From Hypanus sabinus (Eukaryota), in the NCBI RefSeq assembly GCF_030144855.1, contig NC_082707.1, forward strand, positions 94,426,001-94,490,000: a DNA stretch of 64,000 nt, written 5' to 3'. Positions 25,101 through 37,777 of the stretch are shown one piece after another. Below the pieces are notes generated by a model. It was not told the DNA's origin. It saw only the letters and a list, made by a program, of their open reading frames with translations, and did not search any database. Made by a program: the position numbers and the translations under genes. Numbering within the stretch: position 1 is the stretch's first letter; each line of letters starts with the position of its first letter.

Positions 25101-25598
25101 TAAATTGTTTTGGGAGGCAAGAAAGGAATCGTGGAGACCTGCATAAGGGGTACCAGAATAATCAAAAGTGTTTTTAATCACCGTCTAAATTGAACAAATC
25201 AAATGGGAAAATATGGTATTGAACTCAAACTTATAGGATGAATTTGGATTGGCTTCTTTGAATAATGCATTGAGGAATCAGTCAGGGATGAGGCTACTTT
25301 AGATCTGCTACTCTGTAATGAGATAAGATTAATGTTAGGGTAAAAGATTTCTATGGTAAGAGTGATCATAGCATGATAGAATATCAAAAGGAACTTAAGG
25401 ATGACAAACTAATATCCTAACCTTCACTGAAGACATTTAGAATAGTATGGTTAAAATGTACTGGGAAATCAATTAGAGGTTAAAACCATGGCTCAACAGT
25501 AGTAGATATTTAAGGAGATATTTCAATAAATTTTAACCAATGAGATAAAAAGACTCAATTAAATGTTAATATCTGGACTAATACACAGAACATTAGAG

Positions 25599-25678
25599 GA
25601 GGGGTTCCCAACCTTTTTTTTGCCATGGACCAATACCATTAAGCAAGGGGTCCATGAACCCCAGGTTGAGAACCCTTG
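25599..25678 (+). mobile_element. 80-bp hAT-type MITE
   Basis: TIRs gaggggttcccaacc / ggttgagaacccttg; flanking 8-mers cattagag / cactaaag (TSD with 2 mismatches). Confidence 0.7.
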
Positions 25679-25789
25679 CACTAAAGGAAGACAGCAGGTC
25701 AGGAAGCATCTATGGAAGGAAGTGGACATTTGACATTTCAGGTCAAGACCTCTCAGATCTGAAAACTTGCACCACTCACACCCCTATTT

Positions 25790-26785
25790 ACATTGGCAAA
25801 CTGTGAGTGCAAGTGCACATCTCAGACAACCTCTCATGGTCCCAGACTCATCCTACGCAATCAAAAAAGCTCACCAACACTTCTGCTTTCCGAGGAGGCT
25901 GAAGAGAGATGGACTAGGTTCATCAGTACTCATGACGTGCTACCAATGTGCATCCTGTCTTGCTGCATGGTATGGAGACAACACTGTAAAAGACAGAAAG
26001 GTTCTAAAACAGGCAGTAAAAGTGGCTCAGTGCATCACCAGCACCAGCCTACCCGCCATCAAATATAGAAATTCAGACAGATGCAAGAAAAAGGCCAGTA
26101 ATATCATGAAGGATCCCAACTACCCTTCTCATGGACTGTTTGTCCCACTTCCATCAGTGAGGAGCTACTCAGCATGCACACCAGGGCCACCAGACTCAAA
26201 AACAGGTACTTACCCCAAGCAGTAAGGCTGATCAACAGCACCACCCACTAAATCAACCCTGCACACACACATACACTACCACCACCATTTTCTCTTCAGA
26301 ATCAGAGTCAGGTTTAATATCACTGGCATGTGTCTTGAAATTTGTTGTCTTTGCAGTAGCAGTACAATGCAATAATAGAGAAAACATGAATATATAAAAT
26401 AGTTAAATTAAGTAAACAGTGCAAAAATAAAAACAAAAGGTAGTGAGATTGTGTTCATGGGTTCAATGTCCATTCAGAAATCGGATGGCTGAGGGGAAGA
26501 AGCTGTTCCTGAATTATTGAGTATGTGCCTTCAGGCTCCTGTACCTCCTCCCTGACAGTAGCAATGAGAATAATGCACATCATGTACAAATAATCCTGTA
26601 CCTAGCATCAGTTTATGTGCCTATAACCAATAAAAGTTATTTTATGTTTTTATATTTAACGTGTTTTTAATTATTGTGTTCTTTATCTTGTGTATTTATA
26701 TGCTGCACTGGACCTGGAGTAACAATTATTTCATTCTCCTCTACACTTGTTTACTGGAAATGACATGAAACAATCTTGAGTCTTA
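25790..26785 (+). mobile_element. Rex1/Babar-type LINE 3' part, with a second Rex1 3' end inserted antisense at ~26297-26575
   Basis: ORF KKAHQHFCFPRRLK...AWYG...KDPNYPSHGLFVPLPS; tail aaacaatcttgagtctt; nested agaatcagagtcaggtttaatatcac. Confidence 0.75.
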
Positions 26786-26884
26786 AAAACAACACAGTAA
26801 TTATAAATTATCACAAACAAGAGAAAATCTGCAGATGCTGGGAATCTGAGCAACACACACAAAATGCTGGAGGAACTCAGCATT

Positions 26885-27400
26885 ATAAATAATCTAGAGA
26901 TTATAAGAAGGGAAGAACTTAAAACAATTATTATCACCAGAGAAAATATACTAGACGAACTAATAAGGCCAAAGGCCGACATTATTCTGAACCTGGTGTC
27001 CTGCATGCTAAGGTATTTAATGGAAGCAGTTGCAAACACAGAAGCTGCATTGGTTGTAACCACTAAAATTCGCTGGACTCTGCTGGGGTCTCAGTAGATT
27101 GATAAACCACAAATGTAATAGCATGATTCAGGAAAGGGTGCAGTTAGAAAGCAGGAATCTACAGGTCAATTGACATCTATCATCGGGAAAATTCTGACTT
27201 CCGTAATTAAGGATATAACAGCAGAATATTTGGAAAATCATGAGAAAATTAACCAGAGTCAACATGGTTTTGTGAAAGGGGGATTGTCTGAGGGTGTAAC
27301 AAGCCAACAGAGGTCATATAAGAGGTTTGCTGAACAAGATCAAGCACACAGGGTTGGAGGATGTATATTGTCATGGTTAGCAATCAATAAGTAGTGAGGT
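26885..27400 (+). mobile_element. CR1-group LINE RT fragment with internal deletions
   Basis: LTSIIGKILTSVIKD...INQSQHGFVKG. Confidence 0.7.
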
Positions 27401-27501
27401 GTACAGGAACCGGTGATGGAAATCACAGAGCAGCAGACAATGAAAATGGAGACAAGAGCCTGTAGACGCTGGAATCTGGATTAACAAACAAGATCCTGGA
27501 G

Positions 27502-27582
27502 TAAGGGTTGCCAACCCAGGGTTCACAGACTCCTTGCTTCACGGTATTGGTCCATGGCATAAAAAGAAATTGGGATCCGCTG
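27502..27582 (-). mobile_element. Second copy of the 80-bp hAT-type MITE, nested in a Penelope-derived short element (~27450-27705)
   Basis: Reverse complement matches 25599-25678 (gccatggaccaatacc core); flanks tcctggag / ttctgaag. Confidence 0.7.
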
Positions 27583-28379
27583 TTCTGAAGGAACTCAGTG
27601 GGCCAGACAGCATCAGCAGGTGATGGAATGTTTCGACCCAGAACATCAATGCTACTTTCCTCTGATGGATGCTGCCCAGCCAGTGAGTTCCTCCTGCAGA
27701 TTGTTGTAGCAAAAGAAATCTTTGCAGATGATTCTCTGGGTACAAGTTGTAGTTGTAAATTCTGCAGAAAGCATACTACAGTCTTGCTGCACCAATGGCG
27801 GAAATGCATAAGCTGGACACCCCTTGTGAAGAATTTTAAAAATAATAGTCTTATAATTTACATAAGCTACTTTATTCTACAATAATGCAGCTGTAGGGAA
27901 TATGAAGAGTCAGGAGTAACTAAACTGGGCACTCCTTGGGAAAATCAAAAAATCCTAATAATTTAATCATTTACAAATAAGTGCATACTTAAATGGCTCA
28001 GCACAGATTAGATGGGCCAAAGGGCCTGTTTCTGTGCTGTACTTTTCTATTACTTTTAAAGCAAATTGTTCCACAGTGACCTCTTTGATCATGAATTTAG
28101 TTTGAATTCTTGTTAAGTACACCAAACGGCCCTCTTCCTTGATTAATCTCAAGATTAATCCCAAGAAGAATCCCTTCAATGTAAGGGAAAGATGAACAGC
28201 AATTCATTTCCATCTTTGCAACAAATATACAAGCAGATAGATGTGTAAGGATCCTACCACATGTGATGTGTTAAGAGGTCTCTGGACCCATCACTGCATA
28301 TTGTCAGATATTTACAGATACAACCAAGAATACAAAATTTATTTCCTCTGTTCATTTTTGCTCTTTTCCTTCCATTTTG

Positions 28380-28655
28380 ATGTAGCTGCTTCCAGGGACA
28401 GGGTTTGATCCGGACCGCTAATGCTGTGTATATGTTGTTTGCATGCTCTTGCTGTGACTGCTTAGATTTCCTCCCACATTCCTAAGAAATGTAGCTTGGT
28501 CAGTTAGTTGGCCGCGGGTAGATTGCTCCTGGTGAACCAGTGGGTGGCAGAATCCAGTGGATAATGAGAATGTGGGAAGAATAAAATAGAATTAGTGGAA
28601 ATGGTTATCCTGGACTCAGCTGGCCAAATAGCATGTTTCTGTACTATAAACTATG
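28380..28655 (+). mobile_element. Degenerate V-SINE
   Basis: gggtttgatcc B box, gtttgcatgctct, tttcctcccacattcc core, ggccaaatagcatgtttctgtact tail. Confidence 0.65.
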
Positions 28656-29279
28656 ACTGCAACAGAGATCAACACATCTGTAGATATTAAGGGAAGCAAG
28701 GATTTGTAGTGCTTAGGTAAAAATCCACAAGATTTTATTATATGGTGGAGCAGAAATAAAAGGCCTAAGGGCCTACTCCTGCTTCTATTTCCTTAAGTTC
28801 TAATGAGCAACTGTACCACCAGTCATAAAGTGCAAAAGGATGGTATACTGATGTAGTCCATGGTATGATTCAATTTTCTAAATCCCTGTCAGCAATATCC
28901 ATTGAGTCATAGACTCATAGAGTTAAACAGCACAGGAGCAAACCTCCGCTCACCCTGTTCATCCTGACCATCAAGTACCCATGTATATTAATCCCATTAA
29001 TCTGCTCTTGGACCATATTCTTTTATACATGTGCAACCCCTATAATTAATTCTTAAATGCTGTCCGTCACCCAATCTAGGATGTTCCAGCTTCTCACGAT
29101 ACTCTGTGAAAAAAGGTCTTCAGATCACCTCTGAACCTCCTACCCATTGCCCCTTGTATTAGATACTTCATTATGGAGAAAAGTTTCCAACTATCCAGCC
29201 CATCTATTCCCCTGAATCAGGAATACACTCAATTATTAGTATCTCACATTGGTCTCAAGTGATGTGTGCACAGTTTAAA

Positions 29280-29850
29280 GCATTTCAAAACAAAGCTGCT
29301 TAATAAAACAGATCATTTTAAAAGTTGGCTTTCTTCACTAAGCAGACACTGATGATCAGCAAGAGTTTGCCAGCGTATAGGCAATGAAGAGGTCGAAGCG
29401 ACAGTGTAACTTTTTTTAATTATTGAATGAATAAAGATTTCAGGACAACTTCCAATTTGTAAACTGGCTCTGTGATATTGTAAACTTTGTCCTTTATAGC
29501 TGGGATGAAGAGCTGTGTGTGACTGGAATGGGAATGTTCTTTCCTGCTGGCCTCAATGGCCTTGTCTATTGTTCACAGGGTTGGGGTGAGGGAGAATGTT
29601 GAGCCTGGCGGGACTCGATCAATAACTTTTGCTGGCGTGGCACACTTTTTAATTTGTTCAAGTGATTATGAAAGTTTTATGAGTATTTATGATCAAATCT
29701 GCTGAAGCGAAAAGCCACAGCTAAAAGCACAAACTTCACGCGCTGTCCTGCCCTTTGTTGAGATTTAAGCCACAGGCATTGTAAAGGCAGCAATTAAAGT
29801 AGTAGTACCTGTCTTGCCAGATTTATACAGTTGAATTGATCAGCCCAAGT
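29280..29850. promoter_or_regulatory. Candidate conserved non-coding element / enhancer
   Basis: Unique, CpG-retaining block with TTTATG (x2), TAATTA, CAATTAA, AGATTTAT and CTTTGTT/ATTGTT (SOX/TCF-like) motifs. Confidence 0.45.
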
Positions 29851-30339
29851 CTGAGGGCCTCAAGTCAGGATCTTGAAACACTGCAACCATCTCAGGCAGT
29901 CATGGTCATTTTCTCCAGTTAGAGTTCATCTTCAAGTATATTTATCCACAGAAACTCATTTCTTTGTACTGTCTCCTAGGCCCTGAGAACCGTGAACTGA
30001 ACATTTCCCTTCCCATGTTTAACTTCCACATGGACACCCCCTTGCTTCTTATAGTTACTCAGTTCTCCATTCTTTCACATTTTAGAAAATGTAAGGGGCT
30101 AAGGAATTCTAAAATGAACATTGAAGATGTGAGCTGAAGGAAATGGTGAAGGAATTGACATCTGCTTGCCAAAACATAGCTGCATATTTTGAAGTCTAGT
30201 GACCAAAGGCATTCACAGGTAATCAGTGAAGTTTCACAGACAATTCAACCAATCTTTAATTTATAAACTGCAACTTCCCCAATAAAAGCATTTAAGCATT
30301 CTTTGCAGAACAGCATGCAGGGTTAATGCAAACAAAAAC

Positions 30340-30668
30340 GAGGCCATTGAGCCCATCAAGCCTAGTCCAGGTCTCAGAAGACCAAACTCATCAGTCTCAT
30401 TTTCCCTGAAGCCTTCCAACTTACTCTCTCTCTCTCATTCGTGTCCATTAATTCCCGTTTGATTAGATTTTGTTCTATTTCCCTACACTGAAAGGTAATT
30501 TACAGTAACCAATTAATCTTACAATGTGCCTTTGGGATGTGGAAGAAAAGCAGAGCCACTAGGAGAAATTTATTCAGCAAGAAATTCAGAAAGTTCACAC
30601 TTGAGTTCAGGATTGAACCTGGACCATTGGAGTTGTGAGACAGTTGTACTAATTACTGCATCACCACA
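30340..30668 (-). mobile_element. Degenerate V-SINE
   Basis: ctttgggatgtggaagaaaagcagag core and caggattgaacctgg B box (antisense). Confidence 0.6.
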
Positions 30669-32269
30669 TCAGCACAAGAAATGGCATCGAGACAAATGGA
30701 AACCTGAACCAAGATGAACAAAGTTTTGGTAGCTTGACCTGAAATCTTGCAGATTGGTAACTCAGGGGATAAAGCAGGCTGTAGGTGCAAGGCCAGGTAA
30801 ACAGTGTAAAGGACAAAGGGGGCTATGAAGACAGCTCATAATAGACAGAAGAGCCTGTGTTTGGCTTTAAAAGCAACAGCCCTTTGATCCAGAAATTACC
30901 TCAGCCAGGGATAGGGAATTGGCTAGTCACAGAAAGATGTTAGGAGCTTTACCACAGAGACTGAAGCTGTGGTCAGGAAGGGATGCCCTGGCCAATCACA
31001 AGAGGACTTTTAGAAATAGACAAAAGAGGCAGCAACTTCTTTCGAGGAGGAGTGATCTAGTCACTCACCAGAATTCATTCATACGTAAGTAGGTTGACCA
31101 CTGAGACCACTGTGAGAATTTAAAGATAAGTTTGTCACTAACAAGAAGATAGGAAATCACATGTAGTTACTGTATTTATCCAACTAAAGAAAAGGCAATC
31201 ATCGCAGAACAAGAAATCCAGGTTTGTGGATGTCGAGTATCCAGATCTGAATTTGATCTACTGTAGATGTGAATCCCACATCACATGCCTCTTCATTCCC
31301 ATTTAATCCTCTCTCTGCCTAAACCTTTGGTCATCGTTTGGATGAGACTGATGGACTGCTTGTCCAGAAAGTGCTTTGGGACGATTCACTTCATTAAGCA
31401 GGCTTTATAAAAGATAGTTAATATTGATGCTGTTTGATCTCATGACTAACTCCTGGAATTTCTCTCTTTCTTCACAGTGAACAGACAGTTTGCATAAGCA
31501 TGGAATGGGCCTTCTATGAGCTAAAGCCAGCAACCTTGTACATTCCATCTGTTGAGTCATGTTGCCAGGATTAATGAACTCTTCTAATATGGTGATATCT
31601 AGGACAATGGAAACTGTACAGAATACCCATCACAATCTCCATCTTGGAACTAACATCATAACAAAGGAAAGTGTGGAGGAAGCTCAAAGAAGGGATAATC
31701 AGGAAATAGACAAGCTGACTCAAACTATCTGACTTTATGGCTATACTGACTGGTTAGTGCACAGAAAGCAGGATTTTGAAATACTCTTTGAACATTTAAA
31801 TTTTTAACACAAAGGGTTGTAGAGTACAGATTACACCCTACTAGCCCTTCTACACTTCTTCTGTTCCCCTTGTCTCTGTCCATGGTCCATGGTTCAAGAG
31901 TACATATGAAAATATGTCTTACTTTGATCCTTAAACAAGAAACAAACAATTACATTTCTATGAAAATCAAATAAAGACATACAGTTGCCAGAAATCTGAA
32001 ATTTACAAATTGTTGGTAAAACAGAGTAGGTCAGACAGCACCTGTGGAAAGAGAAATGGTCAATGTTTGGGGTCTACAGCCGTTCATCAGAGAGAGAGAT
32101 GCACAAGTTAGTTTTCAGTACGAGAGAAAGTTGAGGGTGGGACGTATAGAGCAAAGTGAATGTCTAAGATTGGATGAGTTAAAATGGCTTAATGGCAGTT
32201 CCCAGCACCTCAAGCTTCATGGTCTGCATCATAGATTGTTAATGGTCAGATAAGCCAGGCTAATCTTAC

Positions 32270-32805
32270 GTTGCGTGTAGGTTTGGTCACCTACCTACAG
32301 CAAGGATGTAAGTAAGACTGAACGAGTACGGAGAAAATTTACAAGGATGTTGTCGGGACTGGAAGATCTACATTATACGGAAAGACTGAATAGGTTAGAA
32401 CTTTATTCCTTGGAACGTAGAAGATTGAGAGGATATTTGATAGAGGTATACAAAATTATAACTGGTATACAGTAAATGCTAGCAGGCTTTTTCCACTGAG
32501 GTTGGATGAGACTACAACTAGAGGTCACGGGTTAAGGGAGAAAGGTGAAATACCTAAGCAGAACATGAGGGGAAGCTTTTTCAATCAGAAACTGGTGATA
32601 GTGTGGAACGAGCTGCCAGCGCAAGAGATGGATATGATTTTAATTTCAATGTTCAAGAGAAGTTTGAATAAGTACATGGATGGGAGGGGTATGGAGGACT
32701 CTGGTCCAGGTGCAGGTTGATGGGACTAGGCAGCTTAAATGGTTTGGCACAGACTAGATGGATCAAAGAAACAGTTTCTGTGCTATAGTTTTCTATGACT
32801 CTATG
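32270..32805 (+). mobile_element. CR1-group LINE 3' end
   Basis: ERVRRKFTRML...ERRRLRGYLIEVYKI, TTTRGHGL...FFNQK...VWNELP; tail ttctatgactctatg. Confidence 0.85.
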
Positions 32806-34747
32806 TCACACTGTAACCTACAAAATAAGGAAACAGTTGTGCACCATAAGCTCTCAGAGCAAGATAAAAATGGTAAGATGTAAAAGAGCTCTCAATTTAC
32901 AATCACTTGTTTTGTGTCATTGTACAAGCTAGTCCGTGCAATATTTCCTTAATTTTATGTAATATTTTGATTTTCTTGGACAGGAACGGAAATGGGGCAA
33001 TATGGGAAATGGAGATTTCAGTTGGAGTCAGGTGTTTCTTTGGAATATGAGTTAGGGAACAAGGAGAGGGGAAAACTCCACATGACCACACAGAGAGAAT
33101 TAAATTCAGCAAGGCTGGTTTACAGAGGCTGTTTTTATTAAAGGTGTGCCTGTAGAATCATTTAATGGAACAAATTAACACAAAAGATTGCTAAAACTAC
33201 AACATCAATCAGGATGTTATCAAGAGGAAATGTGCCCTATGGCTGGAGATGTACCATATAGACTTACTACATTGCAGTAATACATTGAATAAATCTTGAT
33301 TTTTCCATTAGTCTGGAGGTCAGGCACTGACTTCAAAGGTACATTTCTATAAATGATCCAGCAGTCTCCCTCATGTAGTCTTACCCCTTTCAGATTACTT
33401 TTTACGCCAGATGTCAATTTAAAACAAAATCTAGTGCTCAGCTACTAAAACAGCAGAAAGTCTGACTAGCCAATCACATCAAAGAACTCTCTCAGATGGC
33501 AAACCAGGAAGGAAAAAGTATGCTCTTCCATTGCTATTCTAAACATTTCACAAGCACAAAGTAGAAACTGGAAATTACATGCATTTATTAAACCCAGAAG
33601 CAAACTTTTAAGAATAGAATAATGATCATTTTTTAAAGTTTATTATGTTTTGGAGAATTCACCTCAATGAATTACAATCAACATGTGTCATAGTAACATT
33701 ACAAAGGAAGCTTTGTAAGGTGAGGTGTCATTGAATGCTCACTTCCAGGTTGGGTAAAAAGGTTTAACATTTCAAGATATTTTAAGTATGATTAAAACAG
33801 CTTGGGTCACCAATTTGTTGATTACACTGGAGAATGTTACAAGATCACACAGCCTGTGTAGAGAAAACTAATTTCTTGCAGCAATTTCTGCATTTCCTAG
33901 TTAACTGCATTTGCACAAAGTCAGTTTCCTGTTGTAACAACACTGAGAATTGACAGAATTGTCACCATTACAGCTACAAAATCAATACTGTGACTTCAAT
34001 AAATTGCAATGATATCAGTAGACAATAGAAAATGAAAAGCAGAAACTTTACTAATATATCATCTTCCATTTACCATTGCACTGTTAGGCAGTTATATTGG
34101 TGTGCACTTCAGATTTCGTTCTAAGCACATCAGGCTGCAATCTTGTGGCAGCAGCCAACTGACATGGAACCTGGGAATGACGGTCGGTTTAGTGAGACAC
34201 GGATGGAGCGGATATTCCCCACAGATAGAATGTGGGTGTGTCTCATAGAGTAGAAGACAGTTCTCAGTAATTGCCAGTGCTAATTACAGGGGATGTAACC
34301 AGCAGGTAGTGGTGATGAGGAAGCCCAACAATGATGTCCCTGACGCACAGTCATTAGTTGGGTAGATCTCAACCCTCATGGGCTAGTGTAAAGTGAAGCG
34401 AGAGTAGGTGGCTTGTTTCACACCTCCTTCTTTTATTACTGTTAACTTCATGGAAAACCAGATTCAGGACAAATGTAAGCTGATCTGTCAAGTCATAGTA
34501 ACTGCTTTTCATTATTGTACATGATCAAGATCTACTTCACTGAGCTTACGTAGTGTGTGTTAAGGACTGTAGGGTTATAGACTCATAGCGTCATAGAAAA
34601 GTACAGCACAGAAACAGGCCTTTTGGCCCATCTAGTTCATGCCAAATCCACTTAAACTGCCTACTCCAATCAACCTGCATCAGGACCATAGCCTCCATAT
34701 CCCTACCATCCATGTACCTACATATACAAGCTTTGCTTAAATGTTGA

Positions 34748-35024
34748 CCAACAACACACACAAAATGCTGGTGGAACACAGGAGGCCAGGCAGCATCTAT
34801 AGGGAGAAGCGCTGTCAACGTTTCGGGCCGAGACCCTTCGTCAGGACTAACCGAAAGGAAAGATAGTAAGAACTTCCTTTCAGTTAGTCCTGACAAAGGG
34901 TCTCAGCCCGAAACGTCAACATCGCTTCTCCCTATAGATGCTGCTTGGCCTGCTGTGTTTCACCAGCATTTTTTGTGTGTTGTTGTTTGAATTTCCAGCA
35001 TCTGCAGATTTCCTCGTGTTTGCT
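34748..35024. mobile_element. Fold-back Penelope-derived non-autonomous insertion
   Basis: Two inverted copies of the terminal region seen at 19558-19700; 12-bp TSD cttaaatgttga at 34736-34747 and 35025-35036. Confidence 0.88.
34814..34847 (-). ncRNA. Minimal type I hammerhead ribozyme motif
   Basis: Minus strand GUC-CUGACGA-A-GGG(UCUCGG)CCC-GAAA-CG-UU-GAC: conserved core, 3-bp helix II, palindromic ACGU in place of helix III, GUC/GAC helix I. Activity untested. Confidence 0.65.
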
Positions 35025-35340
35025 CTTAAATGTTGAAATTGAGTTTGCATGCGCCACTTGTGCTGGCTGCCAGTTGCACACTTCCATGAGCCTCTGAGTG
35101 AAGAAGTTTCTCCTCATATTCCACTTAAACTTTTCACTTTTCACACTTTACCCATGACCTCTGGCTGTAATCCCACCCAACCTCAGTGGAAAAAAACCTA
35201 CTTGCATTTACCCTATCGTTACCCCTCAGAATTTTGTATAACTCTATCAAATCTTCTCTCAGACTTCTATGTTCCAAGGAATAAAGTTCTAATCTATTCA
35301 ATCTTTCCATATAACTCAGGTCCTCCATATCTGGCAACAT

Positions 35341-37777
35341 CATAGAAACACAGAATCATAGAAAATATACAGCACAATACAGGCCCTTCGGCCCACAAAG
35401 CTGTGCTGAACATGTCCCTACCTTAGAACTACCTAAGCTTTACCCATAGCCCTTTATTTTTCTAAGCTCCATGTAGCCATCCAGGAATCTCTTAAAAGAC
35501 CCTATTGTTTCCACCTCCACCACTGCCGCTGGCAGCCCATTCCATGCACTCATCACTCTCTGAGTAAAAAGCTTACCCCTGACATTTCCTCTGTACCTGC
35601 TTCCAAGCACCTTAAAACTGTGCCTTCTCATGCTAGCCAATTCAGCCCTGGGGAAAAGTCTCTGACTATCCACATGATCAATGCCTCTCATTATCTTGTA
35701 CACTTCTATCAAGTCACCTCTCATCCTCCGTCGCTCCAAGGAAAAAAGGCCGAGTTCACTCAACCTATTCTCATAAGGTGTGCTCCTCAATCCAGGCAAC
35801 ATCCTTGAAAGTCTCCTCTGCACTCTTTCACGTCCCTCCTGTAGTGAGGTGACCAGAATTGAGCTCAATACTCCAAGTGGGGTCTGACCAGGGTCCTATA
35901 TAATGGCAACGTTACCTCTCGGCTCTTAAGCTCAATGCCATGATTGATGAAGGCCAATGCAATGTATGCCTTCTTTGCATTGCTTCGTAGCAGCTTTGAG
36001 TGTCCTATGGACTCGGACCCCAAGATCTCTCTGATCCTCCACACTGCCAAGAGGCTTAACATTAATACAATATTTAGCCATCATATTTGACCTACCAAAA
36101 TGAACTGCCTCACACTTATCTGGGTTGAACTCCATCTGCCATGTCTCAGCCCAGTTTTGCATCCTATCAATGTCCTGTTGTAACCTCTGACAGCCCTCCA
36201 CACTACTTACAACACCCCCAACCTTTGTGCCATCAGCAAATTTACTAACCCATCCCTCCATTTCCTCATCCAGGTCATTTATAAAAATCACAAAGAGTAG
36301 GGGTCCCAGAACAGATCCCTGAGTCACACCTCTGGTCACCAACCTCCATGCAGAATATGACCTGTCCACAACCACTCTTTGCCTTCTGTGGGCAAGCCAG
36401 TTCTGGATCCACAAAGCAAGGTCCCCTTGGATTCCATGCCTCCTTACTTTCTCAATAAGCCTTGCATGGGGTACATTATCAAATGCCTTGCTGAAATCCA
36501 TATACTCTACATCTATGGCTCTACCTTCATCAAAGTGTTTAGTCACATCCTCAAAGATTCAATCAGGCTTGTAAGCCATGACCTGCCTTTGACAAAGCCA
36601 TGCTGACTATTCCTAATCATATAATACCTCTCAAATGTTCACAAATCCTGCCTCTCAGGATCTTTTCCATCAACTTACCAACCACTGAAGTAAGACTCAC
36701 TGGCCTATAATTTCCTGGGATATCTCTACTCCCTTTCTTGAATAAAGGAAAAACATCTGCAACCCTCCAATCCTCCGGAACCCCTCCTGTCCTCACTGCA
36801 AAGATCATTGCTAGAGGCTCAGCAATCTCCTTACTCACTTCCCACAGTAGCCTGGGGTACATCCCATTCAGTCCTGGTGACTTATCCAACTTGATGTTTT
36901 CCAAAGGCTCCAGCACATCCTCTTTCTTAATATCTACATGCTCAAGCTTTTCAGTCCACTGCAAGTCATCCCTACAATTACCAAGATCCTTTTCTGTAGT
37001 GAATACTGAAGCAAAGGATTCAATAAGTACCTCCACCATTTCCTCCAGTTCCATACACACATTTCCATTGTCACACTTGATAGGTCCTATTCTCTCACGT
37101 CTTATTCTCTTGCTCTTCACGTACTTGTAGAATGCCTTGGGGTTTTCCTTAATCCTGTCCACCAATGCCTTCTCATGGCCCCTTCTGGCTCTCCTAATTT
37201 CATTCTTAAGCTCCTTCCTGCAAACCTTATAATCTTCTAGATTCCTATCATTACCTAGTTTTTTGAACCTTTTGTAAGCTCTTCTTTTCTTCTTGACTAG
37301 ATTTACAACAGCCTTTGTGCACCATGGATCTTGTACCCTACCATCTTTTCCATGTCTCATTGGAATGTACCTATTCAGAACCCCATGCAAATACCCCCTG
37401 AACATTTGCCACATTTCTTTGGTACGTTTCCCTTATCTGTTTCCAATTTATGCTTCCAAGTTCTTGCCTGACAGCCTCATAGTTTCCCTTACTCCAATTA
37501 AACGTTTCCCTAACTTGTCTGTTCCTATCCCTCTCCAGTGCTATGGTAAAGGAGATAGAATTGTGATCACTCTCTCCAAAATGCTCTCCCACTGAGAGAC
37601 CTGACACCCGAACAGGTTCATTTCCCAATGCCAGATCAAGTACAACTTCTCCTTTTGTAGACTTAGCTACATATTGTGTCAAGAAACCTTCCTGAACACA
37701 CCTAACAAACTCCACCCCATCTAAACCCCTCACTCTAAGGAGATGCCTCTGAATATTTGGGAAAATAAAATCTCCCA
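35341..37777 (-). mobile_element. Younger CR1-group LINE (APE C-terminus to RT to 3' tail), 5'-truncated
   Basis: ORFs GDFIFPNI...SDHNSI, VPEDWRVADV...NYRPVSLTSVVGK, YMDFSKAFD...QGSVLGPLLF...KFADGTKV; (catagaaa)-type tail. Confidence 0.95.

Noticed and set aside
34310-34345. C/D-box snoRNA (GTGATGA...CTGA)
   Set aside because: The boxes are only ~30 nt apart and there is no terminal stem; expected by chance.
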